Positions 1 through 12,079 of a stretch of 64,000 nucleotides of DNA are shown piece by piece. The DNA is taken from the NCBI GenBank assembly GCA_904063045.1, contig CAJFCJ010000027.1, forward strand, positions 434,001-498,000, given 5' to 3'. The notes beneath the pieces are model-generated. The model searched no databases, was not told the DNA's origin, and worked only from the letters and a program-made list of their open reading frames with translations. The position numbers and the translations under genes were made by a program. The stretch's first letter is position 1. Every line of letters begins with the position of its first letter. Origin of the DNA: Dimorphilus gyrociliatus (Eukaryota; Animalia; Annelida).

Positions 1-680
1 GGCACTTGTTGGCTTGTTTCTTAACCTTATAAAATTCATATGACTCTTTTAGAATAATAAATACTGCATATACAAAAAGTATAGTAACAAAAATATAATA
101 TTTATATATAGAATTACGTACAATATATATTGTAGATACAAAAAATCCATTGAGCTTCGTTACGACACGGAATGTTAATTAGCAAAAAGAAAGATTTCAA
201 GAATGAAATGAAAGAGAGAAAATGAATAGATATATCATTGAGAAATATTTTAATTAAAAGATAGTTCTAATTATTTGAATATTTTCATTTTCTATTTTCT
301 TCTCTTGCTCTCATTTTCAAGGAATCATTAAGACAGATTTTGTTGATCAAGTATCAACGTTGACGACATGCTACTTGTCTTACATTGTAATGTCTGTGTT
401 TTATCTTTTTGTGTTATATCTATAGTTGAAAGTTACAGTACTATTTTGTCAATGTATGTAGTATATATATAATGTATATGTAAATGTATGCATGCATGTT
501 TGTAATCATGTTTTTATGTTTTTAATTAATTAGTTATTATCTTTTAAAAATGTACAGTGCATTTTTTACTTCATTATTTGACATAAAAGGAATTGGAAAG
601 GAATAAAACATTTAACAGTTTACCCATTACAACTCTTTCCTTACATAGGTTTATAATATTTTCAATTCTTGTTTGTCACC

Positions 681-866
681 TCAAATTAGATTCTCAGCCT
701 CATTTTCAAGCGTTTTATCAATACGCTGACGTTTCGCCGTGGCTTGATTATCATGGTCGCGAATTTGAGGAATTTTCTTTGCTGATGTAAAAGTTTTCAA
801 AGTAAGAGAATGTTCATCGAAAGTTTTCTTCTTCATTCTTTTGCAGAAAAGAATTTTCATATCCAT
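681..866 (-). CDS. GPCR exon 5 (C-terminal tail, stop)
   Basis: Acceptor attag|ATG GAT; open to TGA at 683-681; phase matches exon 4. Confidence 0.8.
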   Translation of the reverse strand: MDMKILFCKRMKKKTFDEHSLTLKTFTSAKKIPQIRDHDNQATAKRQRIDKTLENEAENLI

Positions 867-3783
867 CTAATAATTGTGAATTAAGAAAAGAAATGAAAGA
901 AATTTTAATAATTGACAGTTTAAGCAATAAATTATTTAAGATTAAACCAATTCATTGTTAATGAAAACCTTGTTACTACAATTTCTTTTATTGTTTTCAC
1001 ATTTACCTTTCAAGTTTAATTGTATAAAGGAATGTATAGGTAAAATAATACACATATAAATTCAATATAAGAAATTGATAACTTACTCGGAATTTTTCGT
1101 TTAGGAAGCTGTATACAATAGGATTCATCCAAGAATTACTCATAGCCAAAAAATGAAAACCCAAATAGCAGTAGATAATCACAGGCTCGTAATTCTATAT
1201 AATTTTTCATTCATAAATTAAGAAGCAAGATAAGAAAATGGGAAAAGTTTAACTTGTTAATAATCATGATTAGTACTTTATAATATTGATGATATAATTA
1301 TAATTATTACTAACACTTCTATATACTTTAACCAAAAAAAGGTATGATTAATAATTAATTAATTAATTAACACTTGGATATTGTTAAGTCAAATGCTTAT
1401 TAATTAATACACAGTTTTGTTAATTAAATAAATATATAAATAGGATTTTCTTAATTATCATTAGTAATATAATAATAAACTTTTTAAGTACATCTGAATG
1501 CTTTTAAAAGAGGAAACAAGGCAAGTGTATAACTAATAAATGTACTAAACATACGATAAAATACACCTAAGAAATGTGATATGGAGGTTTCTTTTCGAAT
1601 GTTATAAATATACTTGCCTTTGTAGTATCGTATTTACAAACCTTGCCCTACTCAAATCACTCTTTATTCAGTCTTATTACCTAGTTTTTTCCAAACTGAA
1701 AATAATACTGAAGAAGAGACTTCCCAACTATATAAATTGTCATAATGACAATAACTGAAAATATTCTTAATTCATTGTAATTTCTAGACAAAAGTATAAA
1801 GAAAATATAAAAAAAGTCTATAAATATTTTGTTTCTTTTTCCTATTAGAAACAATATTTGAGTACCATTAAAATATTAATTATACACTACTTCAGTATAA
1901 AGATACGTTATAAATTTAACTTGTTCAATTCTATTGAATAATGGAAAGAAAATGTAATAATGCGCATCGTCAAGATTAATAATAATTATTTTATGAAGAG
2001 AAATGACAGTAAGAGATAGAAAAAAATAATAACTTACGTCTAAAACTGACTGAGATAGGAAATATAGCATGGCGTTGAAAGTTTGTAGGGGAAGCCAAGA
2101 CAATCCAAATAGAACAATAACGATAATAATCATTCGAATGGTCTGGATGGAAAGGAAAAATACCAGAAAATAAGAATATAGACAATGTGAATGCAAAATC
2201 ATCATTTAAGTGTAATTTATCAACTTTATGTTTATGATTTTTTTTCTGTTTCCGTTGCTATTCATTGTTTATTCTATTTGCTGTATAAAACAGTTACAAT
2301 ACCTAATTTATAATTTTTGGTATCTTATATTATTGTATATCATTAAATGTTGTAACGCTCATCTTTGATGAACACTTCATAACTTAGTTGATCGGTCATA
2401 ATAAATTAAAAGGTTTAATTGAAGAAGAAGGTTATTTAGCTATAAAAAGACTTTTTTCTTTAATCTCTAATCGAGAATTGAGCATTGAGATTTCAGGAAT
2501 TGATAAAATACTCTTTTTTAATATCATATAACTCACGCTCCATTTAGCTTTCATCTGCTGCTCGTCTCTGTCCACTTGAGCATTTCCTGGAGTTTTTCTA
2601 CGCCAGAGACAAATACATATTCGTAGATAGGTAACCAAAAGAAGAATTAGCGGTAGAACAAAAGTTGTACCACAGACGGTCAGCGTATAGTACCGCGAGA
2701 GTTTGTCGTTTATAGTAAGCATACAATAGATAGTTTTTCTTTGGTTATCTTTAGATACTTTGACTCCATAACTATACGCCGTAACCATAGCGTAAATAAA
2801 GCTGACTAACCAAATAACTCCTATGGTCAAACGAACCCGAGTTTTGCTGGGCTTTGGTGACAACGGTCTTACCACAACCGTATAGCTGTTCCAATAGAAA
2901 AATTATATAAATAATTAAATATACTAAATATACTGAACAAGTAAGCACTTCTTGTGTTCTACCTATGCCCTTTAAAAATACATAAAAATAACCATCTATA
3001 AAAAGAAAAGAACTTAGAGAGTGGCTTCTCTTTTAATTAAATCAATACCATCAAAGATTCCCTTTAGTTTGGTACCACTAAAACATACTTTACTTAAGGG
3101 CAAATGGACTATATCGGGGCCATCTATACTATTGGGTATTTAAGTTATAAAAATTTTCTATTTTCAATAAATGGTCAGACTCTAATATCCTTTGAGAGAC
3201 TTTTCAAATAGATCGTTAATGAAGAGTTTTCAAACTGTTTTCTTATTTCATTAGATGTCAAAGATAATATTTAATCATTATTTCAACTTCCACGGTAATA
3301 ATTAATGAATACTTTTGATATTTTAGCACTCTAAACTTACTAATGATGCATTTTAACTTGCAAAACAATTAAGAATACAAAAGAAAAATGATAATAAAAT
3401 TATATAAATACTTACCGGTCAACTCCTAAAGCTACTGTTGTAAATATACTAACAGACACACTGAAAATTTGCATACTTCTAGAAAGAGGACACACAGCAT
3501 CGTAAAAAATCCACTTTCCCAACATTGTTTGCGTAAACGTAAAAGGTATACAAAATACAGCCATTGCTATATCTGACAATGCAATCACCGTCAAATATAT
3601 ATTGATATCAGATTTTGAGCGAGAACCAAAATTCAAAACCATTATAACTATAACATTTCCAGATAATGATAATATACATGTTGCTGAATAGACTACTATC
3701 CAACAAATCTGAGCTTCTACAGACATCGCCAAATCCGATAAGGATGTTGAATTCGTAAATGAAGAGTTGTTCATATGCACCAT
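681..3783 (-). CDS. Class A (rhodopsin-like) neuropeptide GPCR, GPR83/luqin-RYamide/leucokinin-receptor-like; 5 exons, 371 aa
   Basis: Exons 3783-3416, 2885-2537, 2142-2038, 1194-1087, 866-681 join in frame (1116 nt), all GT-AG. Motifs: N-glycosylation sites NNS/NST, TM1 GN, TM2 ALSD, TM3 C...GVDRY (DRY split by intron 1), TM4 W, ECL2 Cys, TM5 FVLP, ICL3 WRRKTPGNAQVDRD, TM6 SWLP, TM7 HFLAMSNSWMNPIVY, helix 8 LNEKFR. Confidence 0.93.
1087..1194 (-). CDS. GPCR exon 4 (TM7, NPIVY, helix 8); absent from the ORF track
   Basis: atatag|NYEPVIIYCYLGFHFLAMSNSWMNPIVYSFLNEKFR|GTAAGT, 108 nt, phase 0-0. Confidence 0.93.
2038..2142 (-). CDS. GPCR exon 3 (TM6)
   Basis: Acceptor ccatccag|ACC ATT CGA; TIRMIIIVIVLFGLSWLPLQTFN; donor GAC|GTAAGT. 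Confidence 0.92.
2537..2885 (-). CDS. GPCR exon 2 (Y of DRY, TM4, ECL2, TM5, ICL3)
   Basis: Acceptor aacag|C TAT ACG; donor AGC|GTGAGT. Confidence 0.92.
3416..3783 (-). CDS. GPCR exon 1 (N-terminus to TM3, ends D-R)
   Basis: ATG at 3783; donor CG|GTAAG at 3415. Confidence 0.92.
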
Positions 3784-6294
3784 AATTATTTTCCTTGAAT
3801 AGGCCTACTGCTTAGCTAAAAGTGAAAAAACTAAATTAACTATACGAATGTAAGAAAGAAGATAAAGCATGTTATACAATTTCTCTTATACAGTATATCT
3901 TTTAATAGAGAATCATGTTCTAATTTCTTAGAAAAAGCAAAGTACGGAGATGTTTACAGAATAAATCGAGTATTGTGGCAACGCTTTAGTGAAAAGAGAT
4001 CATTTGTTTATTTTTGAATGTCTTATCGAGGCCTACATTACTCTGCTATATACAAATTTTTTCGATAGTACATGATTAGCTCTCTAATATAAACATCAAT
4101 AATCCGTTTCCCACCCACATTACACTTTCCCTCACGTTTTTCTCTCTATTTCTTCCTTTTTATATCTTTTCATATCTTTAAATGATTATTAATTTTACGA
4201 CTAATCAACGTTAATATAACGTAATATTTTTTACGTACATTTTAGTTATGTGACAATTTTTATAATAGCAAACATTTTTTCTCAATTACATATAATTATC
4301 ATTGAAAACTGGTATTTTCGTTAATAATTCTTCCATTTATGATTTATAAAAAGTAAAGATAAAACCAGGGGCGTTTTAAGTTGTATGTTTTAAAATAGTT
4401 GAAGATATTATTACAGCCAACTCTGACAATTTATAGATAAAGAAGAGAATGAGAGCAAACACGTTGAAAACGAAGAAAACGGTCTAATCTGATGTTATTT
4501 AATAACTTTTATTCTATTGAAGAAAAGGCATTTAAGACATTCCAACCTTATTTGAAATGCTTGGAATTTAAAATCAGATGTAATTATTAAATGTCTTGTA
4601 CTTTTTGTTGTTTTTTTAAGAAAAACAAGTATATATTATTATTTCCATTTATGATTGTTCGTTAAGAGAAACACTACCATTTTCCTTTGAATTTATAACA
4701 AAAAAAGTCAATGAATCATTCAAAAAACTCTCTTTGTGGAGACATAAGATAAACATAATGACCCCGTAATCCGACATTAAATAGTTGTAGTACAGTTTGT
4801 CAATAAATGTCAAATCTTTGAATCGAAGTAAAGTGAAAGACTAGATTCTCATTATCATTTAATATTTAATTAAATAGTTTCTATTGATACATTTTGAATA
4901 CCAATAAATTCATAAATATGTACTACGTATAGATATATACAATATAAAGGCTTCTATATGAAAATATAAGTAAAATGTGCTATAAATAAACATCCTGTAA
5001 ATCCTATGTTAGCTTCTTTTTGGATTATTAATTTACACATAAATTATTAAAAGAATCAAAATTAATTAATAACTTTTCGAACTAATGGAATAAAGCTCAA
5101 GTAGATATTCTTAAAAAGAAGAATATTACTTATATTACTTGTAATTAATTCTTGTACTTACCTAATAGTAGGGGTTTGCATTTGGAATTAAAAACTATAA
5201 GAAGGTTTACATACGTTTAGACAAAGTAGCTATTTGTAGATATATATTATTTGTTACAAATATTACTCTTTGATTTCTTTAATTCTTCTCTTTAGAGATT
5301 AAAGGGGTTTAGGAGATGTAGGAAAAAGAAACACGTATTTTTCTCACTTTATAACTCGGATCATATAGGTATATTTTACAGTTAATTTATTACTAAATCT
5401 ATTTTAAATGTGTTATAAAAAATGAACACGATAAAAATTTTTCGCAGACTATTAACCTAAAACAGTATATCGTATTCAATTTCATCTATATTTTTTATCT
5501 TTCTCTCTCTCTCTCCCCCTCTCTTAAGAATTTTATAAATATAATACAAAATAAATGTACAAATATACAAAAAAGTTGTTCTTAAAGCTAATAGACCGAG
5601 TTTTCTCTTCTGTAGGAAAAAATACGAAAAACAGTAACAATATACTTACCAAGATAACGATGGGGAAATGGTGAAATATGCTGTATATGAATATATAAAT
5701 ACTTTGAAAATACAGAATAAGAAGCGAAAGTTGAATGTTAATGTATCTTCCAAACGGTGAAAGGGATAGAACTGAAATAAAAAATAACAAAAAATTGTGG
5801 CGCTCCCTACGCTACTAAGTACTCTGAGCCATGCTTAGTGAGAAATATATCTATTTGAGAAGAGTAGATTATGATAATTCTATTTCTTAATTAACCATCC
5901 GATTAATAAAGAATAAAAAATAAGAAGCTTCCAATAGTATAAGTATATTTAATAAAGCTACATACTAATTGTCTAGTGATTCTTAATAAAACTTAACGCA
6001 TTTTATACAAGGAAAATAATGGAGGGAAGATAAAAAGATAACGAAAATGTTAAACATTGAATTGGTAAAATGATGAATATAAATATGATTTCTAAATTTT
6101 TAGTTTTTAAATAAATCAGAAAAAGAAAACTATAAACAAAGCAATAATTTCATAAATGCATTTTTATTATTTATTGTTTTTTCAAGAACTAAAAGAGGCT
6201 TTTGCTATTAAAATTTCCTTTCATCTTTAACTCTTTTTTGTTGTTTTTCTTCTTTACTCTTTCTCTATCTTTCTTTCTATTCATTTATCTAGCT

Positions 6295-6372
6295 ATCAAT
6301 CTATCTATCTCCCTATCTACCTATCTCTCTCTCTCTTTCTCTCTTTTCTTTCTCCCTCTCTCTCTCTCTTTT
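6295..6372. repeat. (TC)/(CTAT) low-complexity microsatellite
   Basis: ctatctatct...ctctctct tract. Confidence 0.85.
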
Positions 6373-6680
6373 CCTGTTGTTGAGTACTTACACATATCTA
6401 CATACATAAAGTATATATATTCCGCCTCTTCTCCTCAAGTCTGTTCTCTCCCTAAACGATAGAAAAAAGTGTTACAAACCGTGTGAAAGCCGATAGTGTA
6501 ATTGAGGAAAAGACATCTTAATAGTCATATTTATTAATGTTAATTTCTGAATTTGCATCAAGGAATATAAAAAAAGCAAAAATTTAGATTAACAGCGGGA
6601 TCTTATTTCTAATTATTGTTAAATAAAGAAATAAATGTAGATTTTTAATTAGACTATTAAGAAAAGGAGGCAAAGAGAGA

Positions 6681-6720
6681 GAGGAGTGGGAGGAGGAGGA
6701 GGAGGAGGAAGATGAGGAGT
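6681..6720. repeat. (GGA)n microsatellite
   Basis: ggaggaggaggaggaggaggaagatgagg. Confidence 0.85.
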
Positions 6721-8199
6721 AAGTGTGGGAGGAGATAGGTGACTTACGATGGGAATAGGTAAAAAGAGTAGTAAAAAATATGAAATAGGAGAGGTTGATG
6801 AGTATGTTGATTAAGAGAAAGCATAAATTACCAGCGGTAAACTAGAATATATAACAATCAATGCAACGCTTATTAGCTCCAATTCAAAAAAGGTAAAAAC
6901 GAAGCAATCTTCATTAATAATTATATAAGGTTTTTAAATTTTCATTAATTATAAGCATATTAGGTGTTGCAATTAGCGCATCGAGAACTTATAATACAAT
7001 CAATAGGAGCTTTGTAATACTGTTATTGAATCAATTCAACATTTATATACTGAGGGGCCTAGGAAGTAGATAAAAAAAAGCCAAGATTCCTCTTGTTCTA
7101 TTACAATGCTTACTGTAGTCCATTATATATAAAATAATAGAACGATGACAATTATCTATAGTAAAGTAGTGCGTTGTTTTCTTTGATTTTAAATAGGTAG
7201 TATCATGTCATTTTTGATGTATCATTATACGTTTGCAAGAAAAGTTATAAATACAAATATTTTCCTATTGTATAAAAATGACGCTGTATATACAAAGAAG
7301 AAATCTTCTTCCTTAGCTTCCTAGTATATTTCTCCTTAAGTAAACTATTAAATGTTCTCTTTACTATTATTATACATAATAAAACGACAAAACTAAAATA
7401 TAGATGTGCTCGTCAGCTATCAGTTCGATAGCGCCATCTGTCTGATAGTTAAAACATTAAAATTTACTGAGTACATTTCAAGAAATTACCTATTATAGAA
7501 TTTATAAAAGTATCACTTAAAAACTTGAAGAAGAAAGAACAAAGGAAAATTTTTAACATACGAGAAAGATTTTGGCTAAAAATAAAAAATGAACTTTTTT
7601 TATCAAACTTAAAAAGGTAATTAAAAAAAGTACTAATAAAAACAGATATGATAACATTATATGATTTTAATTAATTAATTAATTAATTAGATAATAAGGT
7701 AGACTTTGAAAAAAAAAACAACGAATTTTGTGAATGCAAGTATAAGGATGAAAACTACTCAAAGACTTTGTAGGAGGGTTATACAGCTCTGTAGACGTTG
7801 GTAGTTTTTATCGTGTATTTATGTTATACTGTACATATATATATGTAAGATCGCTCTTTAGCAAAAAAAAGGCAAAATCTAAATTAAGAGCAATTTGAAA
7901 CAAGTAAAGGATATTAGCATAGCATTTATATGACATAAGAATTACTAATAATGCTTAGTTAATGAATGTTAAAGTCTTATACGTTAAGAATTAAATATAA
8001 AATTTGTTTATAGTGTAGTGTTTACTGCAAAGATTTATGAAATATGCTATTTCTCTTTAAAATAAAAGAAAATATTATCATTTACAAGGAAAGAGAATAT
8101 ACTGGACTTGGGAGAGAGGGAAAGGGAGATAGATATACATATATATATAGAGTTAGGAGATATGGAGAGAAAAAAAGAGAGATACAGGGAAAGACAGAA

Positions 8200-8205
<6 letters not shown>

Positions 8206-8232
<27 letters not shown>
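8206..8232. repeat. (GA)n microsatellite
   Basis: Pure GA tract. Confidence 0.9.
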
Positions 8233-11200
8233 TAGGAAAAGATAGTTATACAAATAGATAGATAAATAGGAAAGGTATACATATATACTACATATACACT
8301 GTATATTAGTATATATACATTAGAATGCAATACGACTCGAGAAAGAAAAAGTGAAGAACATGCAGACAAAGAAAGTTATTATCAGTATGATATTTCGTAT
8401 TGTCAAAAAAATAAGAATAAACAACCGAAACAAGAGGAATTGCTAGAAAACTTATTAACCAATTTTTTGATTAAATATAACCGAAATTAAGCTATAGCTA
8501 ATCGAATCTCCGTAAATAATTCCTTATAAAAAACTCGTGACATTTCGTCTCTGTATATATTTCTACTATGACATTTTTACCATCGAATCGGGTCTAACTA
8601 GGTGCGATCAGTTCTCGTTAGGAAGTTGGCATTTTAGCTTGCAGTGGAGTTACAATACACCAGATTAGATTTAGTCCTGGCGGCCATAAATAAAGACATA
8701 ATGTTAACAAGTTGTTCTTTTCCTTTACATAACAAATTGTAGAATCTATTTTTAGAAAGCGAAAAGAAAATAGACAAATTTTTTCGCCTAATTTACATAA
8801 TTTTTTTGTTGAAAAAGTTGCTAAATATAAACAAACAAACAGCTGATAATCGTAACCTTTTAAGGTATCAATGGCGAACGTTCGATCTGGAAACTTTTCA
8901 AATGTTATCTTAGGTTATAACTTATTCACGAAATGTTTATTTTTTATGGGGATGTAGTAAAATATCTGATAAAGAATAATTTTTGTCGTTTATATATCTA
9001 AATACTAGTGATTTTCTCTACTTTATCATAAAAGAAAAGGCTGAGCAAGAGAGGAAGAGAGGGAGAGAGAAGACTTGACAAAAGTTTTGCTCTCTCCGTG
9101 AATCATACATCTCATATTATATTATATTTTACCATACTTCTTATAATCTGTTAATACGCTTGTACATAACAGAAGCTTGCTATGTATTAGATATTTAAGT
9201 TTGTATAGGAGGAAAAATACCTGACCAAATACTTCTCATATCAGTATTTACAGAATCCTATAACACAAGCTTTCTATGATTACCGCCAAATTCTCTCATC
9301 TGTATGTACATATGCAATAGATAGTCCTATTAGTAGACGTTTTTCTTTCCATCTTCTAAACTATACAATAGTCTCTGCTAACGATGATAGCATAATTAAT
9401 TATCCCCTGTTGATAACTTTAACTCTTTATTTTCAATTATAGACAATAGGTTTCTATCGCCAAGCGTTATTGTTGCTTTTTCAATAATCAATAATTAGGG
9501 TAAGAGAATGATGTAATAACATTTATTAATCAAAGTTAATATTAAGGCAAAATAGAAATCTATTGATTGAAGAAGATTTAAAATGTTTTCATTCTCTTTA
9601 TATAGACAGTGTTATTATTTAAACAGTAATTTAGTAGCAAGTTGTACATTTAAATCGAATTAATAGATAAAGAAAGAGTAAAGCCGAAAAATCCCAAGAG
9701 ATATTTCTAAAAGAATGTTTTTCAATGTCATTCTTCCCTTTTTTTTAAGCCATTGTCACAATACTTAAAATTTAGTTAAGATTGTATTACAATACATTTT
9801 TTTTTATATTCTATGTTCTTGACGACGAACGATTGAAAAAAAAACCTTTTCTTATACGTGAAAATTAATATAATGTATACATATATAAAGAAGTATTCTT
9901 AGTTTTCTCACACAGACAACTCTCTAGTCGGTTAAATGAAACCATAAACATAGCGAATGTATATGTAGACTATGTATAATAATAATATATTCTTTGTGTG
10001 TAATTGCATAGATTATTTTTATACAACTGTAGAAATTACAAGAGTTCATCGCAAATATTAGATAACGATTTTATGGTTACCTACTAGTTACAGCGCAGCT
10101 TACTAGTAACTATAAGTAGTCAATCTGCATTCTTCATAGTAGCAGGAAGGAAAGAAATCTTTGACAAAGGGTATATTTTTATTTTTATACTTTTCATTTG
10201 TTTATCATCTCGTCTCTGGCGATAATAAACAAAGAGTAAGAGAGTAAAAAGTTTATAGTGTAGACTAATGTTTAGTCCATACGGTATAGGTTTGCTTATG
10301 TACAATTTAATAAAACCTTGTAGAGATTCAATATATTCCTTAATAGGTAAAAACAACGAATTGTAAATAGACATTGTATAAAGAAATTAGCAAGTACATT
10401 CTTTTATGCATAAACTGTATCGAGTTATAATGCACGTATGAATACACATATAAATTTATACTGTATATATATATATGTATATACGTTTGTATACTTTACA
10501 TTATTTGTATATTACAAGATATATATATCATGATAAAGTTTAGGAAAGGATGTATATTTCATTTCGGGTATAATGTATACAGAGATTGGCATACATGCAG
10601 AACAATCAGTAACCACAAGCTATAACTAGAATTACTAATCTTGCAGGCTTTTTTCTCTTTGCGTCTTCTTTTTCCCTTTTATTTCTATCGTTGATAAAAG
10701 TTGAAAGTATTTACTTAATAGAACATTCTAGGAAATGATAACTTTTGCTAAAAATTGTTAAAGTATCAATTAGCGTGCTGATAATATTTAGAATTAAATA
10801 AAGTATATAGTTACTTTATTTTTAGTTTGTATATTTTCTATTTACTTTCTTTTTTCATTAAAAACAAGTAAATATTTTTGAATTACTTAATTAATTAATT
10901 TATCAATTAATTAATTTATTTATTAATTTATAAACTGTATGTTTTATTTATTTCTTAATTTTAAGTGAAAAAGCTTCAATTTGTTGTAGGGTATTAAGTT
11001 GTTATTTTATAAGTTCTGCTTTTATTTCCTATTAATGATAGATACGTAGTTAAGTTAAATTTAGGACAGAGGAAATAATAATATATATATAAAAAAAAGA
11101 GAGTAAAAGAAAAAGCACTTAAGTATATTTCGTGACTTTTGGAGGAGAATAATCAAACTTTATAGACTGGAAGATTTTGTGAACTTGATTTTATCCTTTT

Positions 11201-11788
11201 TCATTTTATAAACTGAAAAGAAAAGAATTGATTTATATATATATAAATGTTTAGTATATTTATATAACATTTAGATCAAGACTATACACTAAAAGCGTAT
11301 TTAAAGTCTTAATAACTTCAATAGCCGTTCAATTTAAATATCGTTTCTATCCCATAAATTTAATATTATTCAAGTAAAATATAAGTAACACCTTTATATT
11401 AATTTATATTTATTTATATATGTTTTTAAATATATAATAGGAAAAACCAACGTAAATTACATTCTTCATAAACAAGCAAAAAATTTGGCATGTGAATAGT
11501 CTTATCTTATATTGTTATTATTCAACGGCTGATAGGCCTAATATTAAGCTATATATGCTTGAAAATATCGACAAATTTTCTTGTTTTCCTGGCCGACTAA
11601 AAACCTATAAGACTTAGATCAAAGATTAATTTTTTTTCTTTAGAGTTCTAATACTACTAAGTGAATAACCTACCTGAACCAGGCGGCGCCCTAAACGCCT
11701 TGGAGACGCCGCAAAACGCTTCTGCAGTAGGGGGTTTGCGCACGAAGACAGTTAACCTAATGTGGAGAAGTAACTTCAAAAACTTAAT

Positions 11789-12079
11789 ATGAAAAGAGTA
11801 TCTAATCACCAAACAATATTACCATCAAATGGTTCAACAAACTGTTTAAGTGAACGTCAATGGCATTACTTTTTAGCATCATCTTTAATAACTTTTGCTC
11901 TTGGATTATTTATTCTTCTCCTATATAAATTAATTGCCTTCTCCTGCTCGAGATGGTCAAGAAGGAGGAAAGAAAGGAACGAAAACACAGGTCAAGTGGA
12001 GGCGGTTAGTTTTATGACAAAATTGAAATGGATGGCTGAAAGGTGGATATCGGGACAAACTGTCACTGGGCGGATATTG
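11789..12079 (+). CDS. slo: slo exon 1 (S0 and S0-S1 loop)
   Basis: MKRVSN...[12 protein letters not shown]...[11 protein letters not shown]|GTTAGT. Confidence 0.9.

Noticed and set aside
5814-5840. CTAAGTACT matching the start of miR-252, with a short hairpin
   Set aside because: Only 9 nt match and the stem is far too short for a pre-miRNA.
5533-8369. Several hydrophobic or SL/ER-repeat ORFs (also 24849, 52666, 54175, 55491, 56299, 63610)
   Set aside because: Translation artefacts of (TC)n, (GA)n and (TA)n microsatellites and T-rich DNA.
8671-8690. CCTGGCGGCCATA resembling a bacterial 5S rRNA 5' end
   Set aside because: Similarity stops after 13 nt.
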